Shown one piece after another: positions 23,701-37,639 of a DNA stretch of 64,000 nt; the stretch's first letter is position 1; every line of letters starts with the position of its first letter. Source of the stretch: Octopus sinensis (Eukaryota). The stretch lies in contig NC_043001.1 in assembly GCF_006345805.1 (NCBI RefSeq), positions 126,914,001 to 126,978,000 on the forward strand. Direction: 5' to 3'. The notes beneath the pieces are model-generated. The model saw only the letters and a program-made list of their open reading frames with translations. It was not told the DNA's origin and did not search any database. The position numbers were made by a program, and so were the translations under genes.

Positions 23701-23930
23701 AGTGCTCACAGTACCATTACTTTCAACTCTGATCCACCAATACTAACTAACATGAAACAGTCTTGTATTTTCTCTTGTCTATGAAAACATGCTCCTTCCA
23801 TTTTCTCACATAATACATCGAATCAGATTCAAGTCGAATTGACGCATTGTCACTTAATCTCTCCTACTCCTAGTTATGTTCCTCTCTTCTTTTCATCAGC
23901 TACATTTACGCACGCACGCACGCACGCACT

Positions 23931-23961
<31 letters not shown>

Positions 23962-24459
23962 ACACACACACATACACACACACACACACTTTCTGTTCAT
24001 ATTCACTCTGAAACAGGAACCATGTTGCTGGGAAACAAACTGCTTACTACAGAGCCATACCTTGCCTGGATTTACAAAAGATTTACAATTTCTAAGAAAA
24101 AACTATTTAATAATATAGAGAACAAAAGTTGATTGTATTTCTGTACTTTACCTCTGTTGAAAGTTTTTAGAGTCAGTTATAACTGTATGTTGGTAGACAG
24201 GTTTGTTTCAGAATGTCTAAAGATTATCATAAAAGTATCATAATGGTCTTAGCTACTTCAAATTGGTTTTCATGTTTACTTCTAGGAATTTGAATCAATT
24301 GATCATCAGTGGTCTCTGTCGTAGTTGTTGATGTGATGCGAGCGTTGTTCTGCCTCTCAACCGGGAGATAGATACCAAACTTTTCATATTCTATCCGCAA
24401 GTCGATGTTAGCTGTTTTGTTGTTTATTATAGATATATGTAGGTTATGATGTAATATTG

Positions 24460-24720
24460 TGTTGTGATGAGAGCTACGACGCTCCATTGCAAGAGACCGA
24501 CTGGTCCGAGTAAAGTATTAATAGTAACGATCCGAGTGAGTTCAAGGTTTAGAGTTGAGTGAAGTTCGTGTTAGTTCGCAGTAAAGTCGGAAAGTGTCGG
24601 TTGGATAATTCACAAGGAATATTTGATTGTTGGTTAGTAAAGAAATTTGTTAGTTCGTTACGTTGTTTTTACTGTTTTCTAGTAATCTTATTTATTGTAC
24701 GTAACAAATTATCTTACAAC
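24460..24720 (+). mobile_element. 5' LTR of a Gypsy element
   Basis: TGTTGTGA...TTACAACA termini followed by PBS-like tagcgacgagg (TGGCGACGAG type). Left boundary tentative. Confidence 0.6.
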
Positions 24721-26940
24721 ATAGCGACGAGGGTTTGGAAGCTCACGTAGGTTATTTAACTTGTTCGTGATACAACTTGTGAAATAATGGAAGCCCTACT
24801 AGCTTCCATAGTATAGTTTGCAAAAGCAACAACAAGAACAGTAACAGGAGTTGCAGAAGCAACTATTACAACAGTTGCAACAATTATTGGAGCTATATTC
24901 ATAGAAGTCCAAAAATGAGGTAAGTTCGTTTTCGCCAGACGGTGCTTCGATCAATGAATTCAGTTATAATCCAGAGGAGGGTATAACTTTTGCATCATAC
25001 TACAGAAGATACGAGGAGATTTTTAAGCAAGATTGCAAATCATGGTCGGACGAACAAAAAGTGAGATTGTTATTACAAAAATTAGCTCCGTTAGAGCATG
25101 AACGGTACTGTAATTTCATATTGCCCAATTAAATTTGCTTTAAAGAAACAATAGAATTACTGTTTAACATATTCGGTGATACAACTTCTCTATTTAACAC
25201 TCGAATGGAGTGTTGGAATATAACGAATAAAGCTAGTGATGATTTTATTACATACAACGGAACAGTCAACAAGATGTGAGAAAGTTTTAAAATCAAAGAA
25301 CTTACACCTGAGATGTTCAAGTGACTTATTTTCGTAGTAGGCCTTACAGCAAGCAAAGATACAGAAATTCGAGCAATAATTCTTTAAATTGGAACAAACC
25401 AACCAAGGTCTAACCTTACAGTCCGTAGCAGAAGAATGCCAAAGGATGGTAATAAACCTGAAACACGATGTAGAAAAAATTCACGAAAAGGATTCCTCAA
25501 AAATACAGCTATGCCAAACAAGAGCGCCACATCCTAATCCATGTTACAGGTGTGGGGACATACCTTTTATTACAAAAGACTGTCCATTTAAAAATAAAAA
25601 AACGTTACAGTTTCAAAAGTATTGTTAACAAAGTTCACACTCAGAACAAAATAAAAAAGGTCAAACGTTAAAAATCCTAGAGTACTCCCAGCAGAAATAA
25701 AAATCAACTCCCAAATAAGAAAATTTGTACATGAAAAAATAAGTGGAATTCATATTAAACTTCAATTGGATACTGAAAGTGATATTTCAATAATAAATAT
25801 GGAGAAATGGAAGAAAATAGGTAAACCTATGTTGAGAAAAACAGCCAAATCTGCTCGTAGCGTGACGGGCGACAAATCACATTTCATAGGCAAAATGTGG
25901 ACTCCTGTGACATTTCGACGAAAACCATGCTAGACGAATGTCGTCCTTAAAAAATGCAACCGATCTGTTTGGTATCGATTGGTTAGAATTATTCGATTCA
26001 TGGGACCGCCCCATAAATCTCTATTGTAGAAACGTAAATTGTCCCTCTGAAAATAATTTGTCTGAAGAGTTAAAGAGAAAATTTTTAAATGTTTCTGCAA
26101 GTACACTTGGAAAAACTGGGTTTATGTACAAAGGCTGAAGTGCGTTTTGAATTAGATGATACGTTACACCTGTGTTCAACCCTAATAGGAAAGCGCCTTT
26201 TGCGGCAATAAAGCATGTTGACGATGAGCTGGACAGATTGGAAAAAAAAACCCAGAATCATTGAAAAAGTGGATCACGCGAAATCGGTAGCTCCGACTGT
26301 ATGTATAAAAAATAATAAAATTAGGTTGTGTCGATGTTTTGACCGGTTTAAATGAATGTTTAAAAATGAACCATTATCCACTACCGACCCCAGAAGATAT
26401 TTTTACATACTAAACGAGGAAAAATATTTTCAAAGCTCGATCTGTCTGACGCATATCTACAAATCAAAGCAGATTAAAATGCTCAAATTTGTTAACAGTC
26501 AACCCGCACAGAGGTCTATACAAATACAATAGACTACCTTTTCGAATGAAGGTAGTACATGCAATATTTCAACGGGTGATGAACGCGATGTTGGCAGACT
26601 GTCAATTTACTATTCCTTACCTTGATGGCGTGTTAAACAAATGAGCGAATCGAACATGCGAAGTGTTACTTAAAAAAATTAAGGATTATGGTTTCACACA
26701 CAGTGAAGATAAGTGTGAACATTCTTGCCTAAAATCAAATACCTAGGTCAAATCATAGGTAAGAATGGAAGATGTCCTGACCCGTCGATGGCAGACGCAA
26801 TCAAGAATATGTTTCCTCCAACGAATATACCGACATTACCAGCCTTCCTTGGCCTAGCAAATTACAATCAACAGTTCATTCGAAATATACATAAATTAAG
26901 AGCACCATTAAACGATTTACTAAAAAAAGAAATAAAATGG
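24721..26940 (+). mobile_element. Ty3/Gypsy internal region (gag, protease, RT, start of RNase H region), decayed and 3'-truncated
   Basis: FSYNPEEGITFASYYRRYEEIF gag, CYRCG knuckle, LQLDTESD protease (~25769), FSKLDLSDAYLQI, YLDG (26618), KYLGQII. Confidence 0.9.
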
Positions 26941-27385
26941 GGATCTTTACCTTTTGACCTACAGATTTAAAAAATAATTTTTTGTAACTAAACATTTTTA
27001 AACTTTGGACACTGGCAGAAAGTGTCATATAAAACATCTTTTACTCTTAGAATTTTTGAGAAAAGCTCAAAGTTATTTCACGTTAAAGTTCTCGTATTTC
27101 GGTAATTTCAACCAATCAATGACGTGTATTCAGTTGAATAAAATTACTGCCGTTGTTTGTCAACAACAACTATCGGCGGTGTATTTTTTGTTTGTCACCG
27201 TTATTTATGACATCGTTCGTGCGTTTGTACTGGTTTTAAGGTTTTAGGGTTAGGGTGTTAGTATTTGGGTGGTAGGGTTAGGATATTAGAGTTAGGGTGT
27301 TAGGGTTAGGGTTTTAGGGTTAGGGTTGTCTTAAATAACAGTGACAAACGAAATATACGAAATATACACCTATCCTCCTTTCTCC
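26941..27385. mobile_element. Divergent Merlin-like MITE remnant(s) with degenerate TTAGGG tract
   Basis: Starts GGATC at the Gypsy breakpoint; 26975-27130 resembles 27960-28120; TTAGGG-like array at ~27240-27328. Confidence 0.5.
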
Positions 27386-27399
27386 AAATATACTTCGAG

Positions 27400-29040
27400 A
27401 GCTATGGGTAGTTTCTTCGTAATGGTATTTTAAAGAGCTTGTATGCTGGCTCTGAATTGAGTTTTCTAATAAGCTGTTAACACTCATATATATTTATTTT
27501 GCGGTTTATGTGGTTTGATTCCCGCTGCAATTATTAATGCACTGGTTATCCAAAAGACTCGATTCATTGCTTCAATAATCCCAATTATATTCTATTTGGT
27601 ATGAATTCTCTTAAATGATTTCGTTACTCTGAAACAAAGTGTTAATTCTTTTAGAAGGTTCTTGTGAATAAATAGCTTTTATATAGTTCCTATTACTTTA
27701 TGATGCTTGTTGCTTCTGTGGAAATGTTTGTTATTTAAGGAGAGTATTTCGCCATGCAATTAACAACTGTCGTGCTAAACGGTGGACTGAATCAGATCCT
27801 ACTTCTCTAGACTCAGTTTGGGTTTCTGTTTATTGTGGTGTATGAATTATATGTTATTGTGTTTCTAAATGTCTGGATTTACTTCTCAGCACTATGAAAA
27901 TTTACTTTCTCAAAGGAGACATTGGATCTTTTCGGTTTGAACGGCAGTTTTTTTTTTAATAATTTCCACATAAATAAACACTTTTAAACTTCGTATACTG
28001 GTAGAATGTGTTTATAAAACATCTTTTTCTCTTGGCATTATTGAGAAAATTCTATAGTTTGTAAGATATTTGCTGTTTTTTTTCTTCAATTTCTGAAATT
28101 TCAACCAATCAATGATGTCTATTGAGGTGAAAACATTCTGTGCCGTATGAATATGTCCCTCGTTTAAGAAACAGATTGGGTTTATTTACATTTCTGAAGA
28201 AAAAAGATACCCTTCCCCCACCCCTAAACCTAGCCCTAACTCTAACCCTAAAACAGATTGAAATGCAATAGATCGATACTAGGGTCATAATTATGGGTGA
28301 CAATTTCATATGACACCGCTAGAAAAAACTGCCGTTCAAACCGAAAAGATCCGAGACATTAAATATTCTTTACCTTATTACAATAGGCATTTTTCTAGTA
28401 ACAAATTCGTAGGCGGCTGGAATTAGGCTATGTATGAAGTGATTGATTGTAATTTTTGGTAAATCTTCATCGTTGTGTCCAGTAAAATAACAGATACCAG
28501 GTAGGTTTCTGTGGTTAAACGTGCGTCAGATGTTTTGGTGGCTGCTATAACCTTTTCCCAATGAGCGTGCTGTCAAAACCACCACTCTGATTCTTAACTG
28601 CTATAGAGCTACTCGTATCGACACTAAGCAGTCTCATGTTGCCTATGTCTTCTGGGTAATACAAGAGAAATAGGTTAAAATTTCACATACATCAATTCCT
28701 TGTAGCTTCTCAAAGTTTGAGCTCTTTTCATATATTCTCCCAACATTTGTTGTTAGGAAAAGTGGGCGTTTAGCGTATGCTGGAATTAGGAACTTGACCG
28801 GTCTAGTGGTTATGTGATTAGCTGGGAATTCTATGGCAAAATATGGAAGATGCCTATGGTGATAAAAGCGTGAAACTCTATATCAAGTTGAATTTTACAC
28901 TCGATCAGTTTAAAACAATATATTTCATCGGTAGTAATTTAACGTTTCTATTTATTACCTCAGCTAAGGCGGAGGTAATGTTTAAAATTATTTTTACGAA
29001 GATTGGGTGTGCTTTTCACTTTTTGTTTTGTTTTTTTCTT
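27400..29040 (-). mobile_element. Highly decayed PLE of a second clade, split by a MITE
   Basis: Fragments IQLDIEF, DVCEIL, V.LLDTT, FSPPFSTTV (IWFNPPYS-like) and LSKYIW across frames. Confidence 0.55.
27924..28352 (+). mobile_element. Complete 429-bp MITE, Merlin-like
   Basis: Perfect 29-bp TIRs ggatcttttcggtttgaacggcagttttt; 8-bp TSD GAGACATT at 27916-27923 and 28353-28360. Confidence 0.9.
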
Positions 29041-29130
29041 GATGACCCTAATTAGCTTTTCGCACGCATAATTATCCTACAATTTGGTTCGATGTTGAAT
29101 TTTATTTGTGTGTGCGCGCGCGTTTGCCTC

Positions 29131-29162
<32 letters not shown>

Positions 29163-32100
29163 AGCGCGCGTGTGTGTGTGTCTTGGTGTGCGCTGCATTC
29201 GCTTCTCGTTTTTGCTTCTTTTTTCGATGTGCAATTGTCCGTATATCGTATGAGTTTTGTCGCCATTATTTTATTGTCCTTCGATGACTTTCTAAATGTC
29301 ATTGGGGGCTTTTATAGATTTGTATTATGTTGTCAAGTAGTAATTTATGGTCAGTTTTTGTAACTCGCATAAATTGCTCGTTTTGTCCGTAAATACAAAA
29401 ATGTATTTATATCCTCCTTCAGCTTCTGTAAGAATTTACTGATTGCTTTTTTTTCTTCTGGACTTTAAGTCTGTTCAACCATCATATGAACTCTTCCAAA
29501 CATTTTGCAGCATTTGTTCCAGGATATTAAGTCCTGGGTTCAAGTTCTGTCGTGAATAACTTTGCCTTTCATATTTTCTCCCAATAGGTTCGATAAAAAA
29601 GTACAAGTCTACAACTGAACTCGGTCTTATTGACTGCTTATACATGCTAACACGCAGTGAGTATCTCCGTCCGTGAGCGGAAGTCCGACAAGTAAAGCGG
29701 CCCACCATTTTGTCTACACCACAGTCACATCAATATTAACCGTCTTTAACACTCTATATTACTGCCAATATATACAAGCTGTCATTTACTCATACATAGA
29801 CACACTCATAAAGCCACTATTTACTCATACATACATACGCGCTCGCAGACTCATTCTTTCCTTTCCCCTCTTCTCTAAAAGTGGACCCTATTAAAAGGGA
29901 TAAAGTGAAAAATATGATATACATGCTTGTATACAGGCATTCATGAATACCCACATAGAAACACATGTGCGTATACACATACATACTGGTACACACATAT
30001 GTACACAAATGTATACGTATTATGCATAAGATGCACTAAAGAACAACCATAGCGAATCCTACGCAGGTTCAATATAATTTTAGTAGTAAGATAATTCAAA
30101 CAATATAAACGATATTTCGCCCAGGAAAAGCAAGCTTGGCAATGTTTATGGTCTCTCCAAGTTAAATATACAAACCTACATGTGAGTAAAAATCAATGCT
30201 GTTAGCTAAAGGCTCTCTCACTCTCTCTCAAAATATTATTGTGCATATAAAACAACGTAAATGAAAGATAATCTCCCATCTTAGACAAAATATGCTGTTT
30301 ATTTCTTTTCATTATGACTACAGAAACCTGGCTCTTGTCCATAGAAAAGAAAAAAAATCTTAATCGAAAAGGATCCAGCACACTTGACTTCAAAAACAAG
30401 CAACACATGATAAGGAACGTCCAACATTGTAAAGAACGGCAGTGCTCTGAAATGGGAAAGGGACAATAAGGGAGAGAGGGAGGGAGGGAGAGGGAGGGAG
30501 GGAGAGAAAGTTAGTTTCTTTAGCTTACAGTGTTGTATCTTATTTATGTTGGTTTAAATTGTACAGGCATAGACATCGCTAAGCTTGATTTTCATTGGAC
30601 GAAATGTGTTTTTTCAATGGTCTCTCGATAAACGCGTAAAACTTAAAAAACACTATGCATATGATGATGCAATATAGAATCGTTATGTGGAATGCAGCTT
30701 AAATAATTTGACATTGTGGACTACAGCATTCATGAAAAAACTTCATGGACTACCAACTGTAAATTTATGTTTAATTGCGTTGCACAAAACACATTAGATA
30801 TTTTTTTTAAATACATATAAATTTACTTTTAATAGGTTTAGATTTTAGATTATGACATGCAAATAATGTTAGCGACTTCCTTGGTCTTATGAAACTCACT
30901 TTGGACCATCAAAACTTGGCTAGAACCACTTGCTGTGAAGGTAAACTATCTCATGCATCACTAGCATAAAACAAACATCTCGAAAATTATGGAACCGGTG
31001 ATCACAAATGTTATTTATCGCTTAAGTTGCCCTCAACTATTTGAGATTAATTTACCATCCTGGTGAGTCGGGATTTCCAAACGGTTCTTTTGAATTCTCC
31101 AACATCTGACATGAGCATTTTAAAGAAAATTCGCCCACATATTCGTTCCATCCATCTCTCATTTTTCGGAAAATTACGTTAGGCACCCATATTTTATCGA
31201 TTTTTGTCTGTCTCAGATTTTGTTTATATCGTTCACATCATTCTGTTGCTTAATTACAATTTCCGTTGTTATTTCTAAGAGCAATTACTCCTACGCATGT
31301 ATTACATCCTCACTATTGGATAACGTCATAATCTTTACGTAACTTTCACACACCTCGTGCCAGACTTGCACTGCTTCTAAAAATAAGTGCCCAGCATCGT
31401 TCTTCGCTTATTAGTTCTGCTCTTTACTAGTCAATAATCAGATGCTCCCGGTGGGAAGACACAAAAGTTTAAATTGACCCAAGCATGATCCAGGTAAAAT
31501 TATTTTATGGAAATCTATGAAGACTGCAAATGAACGAAACGAAATAACAGTTGGATTCTTTACTACAATCAGACAGCACCAACATTGTTCTTTCACAAAG
31601 ATAAATTATGTAACCAACAGATGATGTTATCCTCGCGGGTGTTTGTAAATATGTTTCTGAGCAGTACACATTTGTGCTGTTTAAAGAAAAGAAAATAAAC
31701 ATCGGATGAATAACGTGTGTGAATCTGATTAATCAATGGCAGATGCAGTATATAGTGTAAGTACGATGATGTAATTGTCTACATTACTTACGTCAGAATG
31801 CTTTGATTTAATTGAGATGCCTTTTGGCTAAGATGCGCCAATAGCCGAACAGTTCAAATCTATCACATCTGCAGTTTGTTCGAATCTCATTATATGGTTA
31901 GTGTATACGAACGAATCATCACCAATGTCAATTAAGGTTGTTTTCGGGGATTTAGTTTGGTTCTATTATCAATACGATTTTTCTACTGGATTGGGTATGT
32001 CAGGATTGTTACGGTACGCTTATATTTCTGATGTTGTTACAAATATCAATAGTATTATTTGATCCCTTCTTAATCACGGTATTACATGTTATTAAAATAT

Positions 32101-32269
32101 ATCTCCAGTTCAAACTTTTGGCCAACCAGAATGATGTTTGGCCAATACAGCCAGCAAGGTCAATGATTTAATTTTTCTTCGGTGGTGACTTCACCAATTT
32201 CTGTGATTTACAGTGATTTTTCTATTATGCGCAGGCGGCAAGGTCGATGACATTACAAACTCGTTAGAA

Positions 32270-32709
32270 CGTTGGACACAATGCCTAGCAGTACTTGTTC
32301 CGGTTCTTTACGCTTGAGTTCAAACCCCGACGAGGATAAGTACTCTGTTCTTTGTTTTCGGTGGTCAATAAAATATGTACGTTTAAATATTTGTTGTGCA
32401 AGATTTTTTATGTGAAGTCGTGTGTTGAAACAGATATTGTTATATTTCGGAATGGTCATTTTGCCAGTTTAGCCAATAAAATAGAAATACAAAATGGCTG
32501 ACGGTTAGTAAGGAGAGACACAAATAAGTAAGAAGAAAACAAAGGACCACTGATGCGGTCACAGGAGTGTGACGAAAGAACTCTGGTCGAAATAAGATTA
32601 AGATTAATGTAAAAAATGAATAACACTGAAGCAAAATAACACCAAATATATAGTGCGTGTGTTTTTATTGGCTAAACTGGCAAAATGACCATTCCGAAAT
32701 ATAACAATA
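32270..32709. mobile_element. PLE terminal structure: 47-bp perfect inverted repeat around a hammerhead-bearing spacer
   Basis: Arms at 32435-32481 and 32663-32709. The adjacent minus-strand NTRLHIKNLAQQI coding recurs at ~37255 and ~38080. Confidence 0.6.
32545..32588 (+). ncRNA. Degenerate minimal hammerhead motif (A9 changed to C)
   Basis: GACCA-CTGATGC-G-GTCAC-AGGAGT-GTGAC-GAAAG-AA-CTC-TGGTC; perfect 5-bp helices I and II. Confidence 0.6.
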
Positions 32710-33527
32710 AAATATGTCATGTACTGGAAGTCGATATAATCAACAAACCGCTCCCCCACTGAAATTCCAGGTAATATTCCTATTCCTATTTTAGAAAGAA
32801 TTATGTGAGGATGATAGAATCGCAGAATCTAAACATCACTCTCGTTTTACCATACTTACAAGTTCAATCGTTTTTCATCTCTTCTATATTTATATTTATG
32901 CTTTAAGAAGAAGAATAAGCACAGTCTCATAACATAGCATCTTGGGTAAAGGTAATTGTTTTATGACCTCAGGTTAATCCACAACTGGGGAGTAACTGTG
33001 TAAGCGGCCACTGTATAGAAGTCTGTCAGATGGATTGTTCCAAATATTCGAAGAAACTGCCTTGTCGCAAAGTGCGTCACGCTGATTCCGCTTGAGAATA
33101 GATGCCTGTGCCCGTAGCTATTTAGATGCTATTTCAATGAACATTTAATTCAGTTGATTAAAGAGCTGGAATACATATCCTTGAACGACGGGGAAATATC
33201 CATCTAGTTAGTGAAAGAAGGGATTCTGAGACGGTGGCAAAAAAACATAAAGTTGTTCGATACGTTTCTACTAGAGAGAAATTTATCAAAACACCCAAAA
33301 GTTGATTTAATTGATTAAATCTCAACTATACAGATTTGCGGCCTTGGTCAAATGATGGAAATAAATATTTGATGATTCTATGTAGTAACAAACAACCAGT
33401 ACTACACGACAGCTCATCTAAACACAACACACTACATGTAGTGCGTGTCGAATCCAACGCTTAAACAAACAAATGCATACACATGGATAAACCGGACATT
33501 ATTTGCTCTTGTATGCTTATTAATATT

Positions 33528-33866
33528 GTGGAGACGCAATGAGCGGACTCGCGGTCATAGGATCGCGGTTTCGATTCCCAGACCGGGCGTTGTGAATGTT
33601 TATTGAGCGAAAACACCTAAAGCTCCACGAGGCTCCGGCAGGGGATGGTGGTGATCCCTGCTGTACTCTTTCACCACAACTTTCTCTCACTCTTACTTCC
33701 TGTTTCTGTTGTACCTGTATTTCAAAGGGCCGGCCTTGTCACTTTCTGTGTCACGCTGAATATCCCCGAGAACTACGTTAAGGGTGCACGTGTCTGTGGA
33801 GTGCTCAGCCACTTACACGTTAATTTCACGAGCAGGCTGTTCCGTTGATTCCGTTGACGGAGTGCT
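33528..33866 (+). mobile_element. SINE family C variant
   Basis: B-box ggtttcgattccc; body shared with 7512-7808. Confidence 0.8.
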
Positions 33867-34716
33867 TCCATATCAATATTAACCTTATGCTTGCTACTGG
33901 CAGAAATTTTATGCACTCCATCTATATTATTATGTATTACTCTATGAGTATTATTAATTTCGCTATAGATGAAAATGGGTGGGTTATTAGATTAGTTAAC
34001 TGGTTCAATTAATTAAAATGAGTGTTGTTTGGGTCAAATTATCTCCCTTACACAAACGTCCGCAAGCTATCAATTGTTTTCATTCCTATTGTCAACTAAA
34101 CCGGAGTTTATTATCCTGCTAGAGTCCATCATATTATATTCCACCATATTTGTATAATTATTAATACAAGTCATATTATTACTATCTATATTAGTTGTAT
34201 TATTTGTGTTTACTGCGGTCCTTTCTAACATATGGATCCACAGTTCGCTTCTCTCTCCAAAGTGGGTGAAATCTTTGGACAAAGTTGCATAGGAATATCT
34301 ATCTTGGATGATTATGTACTGCAACTGACTCGATTAAATGTACACAAACGCTACATAAAAGGACATTTGAACACTTATCCAGCTGACACAGGTGTCAGAT
34401 TGGAAATTAAGGTGAATATAATTAGAATAATACTGTAATAAATAAACTTTGAAGATATATAGTTCGCCATTCTTCTTTATGATGTCTCGATTAAACATGT
34501 GGTGTCCTGTACTCATATATGCATGTATATATACATGTAGATGTAGGTATGTACATATATGTATGTATGTATGCATATGTTTTATTTATTAAATTGTTAT
34601 TATATGATTGAACGCCACGCGTCGTTTTCTTATTCTCCAAGTTTTTATTATAATAATTATGTCTTCCTCTCTACCTGTCTCTCTCCTTCTTATTTTTCAC
34701 CCTTTCTGGTTTCTTT

Positions 34717-34774
<58 letters not shown>

Positions 34775-35281
34775 CCGCTGACCGGACAGCTAACTCTCTT
34801 TCTGCCCGCTGCATTCAACAAGTCAACACCGACTTTCTTCTGTCTTCCGCAAGCCGATCTTCAGAATGCGTTCTAACGAATTTTTCCACCGTCTAGGCTT
34901 AAAAAAACCCCCTTATTGTTGGTTTCCTTGTCCTGTTTTTATTCTTTATGTGTACTGTTTTTTCTTCATTTGTATTGCTTTCACGCCCCGTTCTTGTCAC
35001 CTCTGCAAAAGAATTTTATTTAATTCATTTTACAGGAAGGACTATTTCGGTCGGATCGTATTCTGCCCTAACCTTCGAAACATGGATTGAGTCGAAACAG
35101 GGGCAGCTGATGAAGGGGAATATTCCTTGTACTGTTTGTCTTGTACTCTGTTTTTTCGTTGTTAAAAAAAGTCCGTTTCCTTGTTTGATTTTGTTTTCGT
35201 TTCTCATTGTGTTCTACGTTTATTAGTGGTGTCATGTACTCATATATGCATGTATATATACATGTAGATGTAGGTATGTAC

Positions 35282-35312
<31 letters not shown>

Positions 35313-35356
35313 CATATGTTTTATTTATTAAATTGTTATTATATATATATATATAT

Positions 35357-35495
35357 AAGTCAAGACTATTGAAAAGGTTGCAAGACGCAACGAAAATTTT
35401 AGGAAAATAAAAATAAGAAAATAGTGGAAATTTTACCGGTGAGTGTGTTACATTATAAGGCACAAAAAGAAAATGACTCTCCCCAGACACAACAG
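35357..35495 (+). mobile_element. Fragment of the non-autonomous repeat at 38860-39110
   Basis: Reverse-complement match to ~38862-39000. Confidence 0.75.
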
Positions 35496-36407
35496 AATTT
35501 CAAATTATTATTTTGGGCACAAGACCGATCGGCACTTATAACGGGAAAGGTTAGTTGATTACTCCGACCCCCTTGTGCTTGACCTCGAAAGGATCAGAGG
35601 ATGCAGTGAATCACAACGACAATCACAGAAACGTTGTTGTGTTGACAGAGATTCGTAGAGTAGTTGATGAGATGTGATGCGTTGCGATAGGATACATTAT
35701 GGGGAAGGATGAAGTGTGTTATAAAGACGGATGACGTGGGGTTGCTGCGTTGAGAGAGTTGTGAAAAAAGACGTGTTAAAACGGCGGTTGATGAGGTATT
35801 GTCATGATTAGTGGATTTGCAGTTAGTCTTTGTTGTTGTTGTTGTTATTGTTGTTGCTAATAAGAATATTATAGTTGATATGGTTGGAATTTCACGTTGT
35901 AGTGCGGAGAGAATTTCTGGTAATGATGTTGTTAGCGTTGATGTTATTGTTGCTATTTTATTCGTGGTCGTATCGATACTTCTTGTTTTTCAAAAAGCAG
36001 TGGCTATGGTGATGATATCTGAAATAGTGTAAAATGGCGGAGAATAATTAAAAACAAAAAGAAAGAAAACAAGAAATATAAAAAAAAAGAAAAAGAAAAA
36101 GAGAAACAAATAGAAGGAAAGCGCAAGACAAAACGAAAAGAAAGTACGGAAAATAAGCCTAAAAATACGAAAGAAATAGAATTCTTTTGAATGAAAATTT
36201 AACGGAATTCGTATAGAAAATAAGAGAATATCAAGAGAAATATTCCAGAATATTTCGACTATTCTTCCTGTCGTATCAGTAAAAATTGAAAATATAAATA
36301 ACAAAAAATATGAAACAAATAACACAAAATATATATATGTTTGCATGTATTTATTTAATTACCTATCGCTCTATCTGTATTTGCGTTTATATACTTACAT
36401 GTGTACA

Positions 36408-36447
<40 letters not shown>

Positions 36448-37283
36448 GCATAAATGCTTCTGTGTATGTTTCTGTGTTTCTGTGTCTGGTTATAATATGA
36501 ATATATATACATTTGTGTGTGTATGTGTGCGTGTGTATGTGTGCGTGTGTGCGTGTGTGTGTGTACATTTTAAAATATTATACATGTATAGGTGCATATA
36601 CAATTATATTTTTATATATGTATACACTTACACGTATATGTATGTATACATATATGTATACATGCATGTATGCATATACATATAGATATTCTTTTTTCAT
36701 ACAGACTCGCACACACATATGTATAGAATTAAATATAATGTGATATGATGTTAATCCACATAATCCAGTAGGTGATATTTTATCAAGAAATATTAACAGT
36801 GAATATGAACTTGGAAGTTAAACTTGGATCAATGACTTCATATCTAAAGATTTTCTTGTCGTCTTTGTATTCTCCTTTGTTTTGTGAATTAAAAAAAAAA
36901 TCGTTTTCTATTGCAGATTATAAACTTTATAGATGAATAGAAAATGCATCTAAATACTTATAAATGCATTAGGTGTCTACATGTCCTTTTTGCATTTAGA
37001 GATGAATATAAAGAAAAGAAAAAAAATGAAAAGATAGATGAACAGCTTGACTTATACAATACCCAGCATTGTGAATAGATACGAGCGAAACACATTTATA
37101 CTTACACACACACACACATACACACACACACACACACATACAGGCATGCACAAGACAGTTTACACACACGCACATATATAAGTATGCCTGTTTATGTATT
37201 TACATGTATACATTATATTTTATATATCTGTGGGTGTATATATTTATATATTTGTTTTGCTAGATTTTTGATGTGAAATCGTG

Positions 37284-37337
<54 letters not shown>

Positions 37338-37414
37338 AATATTAGGGAATAAATCCAAATTTACAGGGAAAAAATCAGATTTAGGATTAAATCCAATTTT
37401 ATAGTAAAATATTA

Positions 37415-37578
37415 TATAATATTAGAGACAAAACCACTATTTTGCAAAACAAACAAGGAAAGACTTAATCAATACATAAAATTTAATAAAAAGAAAAAAA
37501 GTAAAAAAAATTTTTATTAAAATTTTATGTATTGATTAAGTCTTTCCTTGTTTGTTTTGCAAATAGTGGTTTTGTCTC

Positions 37579-37588
<10 letters not shown>
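37415..37588. repeat. Near-perfect hairpin, ~78-bp arms, between (TA)n tracts
   Basis: 37415-37492 versus 37511-37588; two 1-nt indels by eye. Confidence 0.9.
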
Positions 37589-37610
<22 letters not shown>

Positions 37611-37639
37611 CAAATTAATAAATAAATGGCACGACTAAG

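Noticed and set aside
31040-31390. DKIWVPNVIF motif suggesting a Cys-loop receptor exon (minus)
   Set aside because: Stops in all frames and no Cys-loop or other supporting motifs; at best an unassignable pseudogene.
34810-34870. GCATT-CTGAAGA...AATGC on minus
   Set aside because: No correctly placed GAAA and helix III.
35101-35135. CTGATGA-AGGGGAATATTCCTT
   Set aside because: Stem present but GAAA and cleavage triplet absent.
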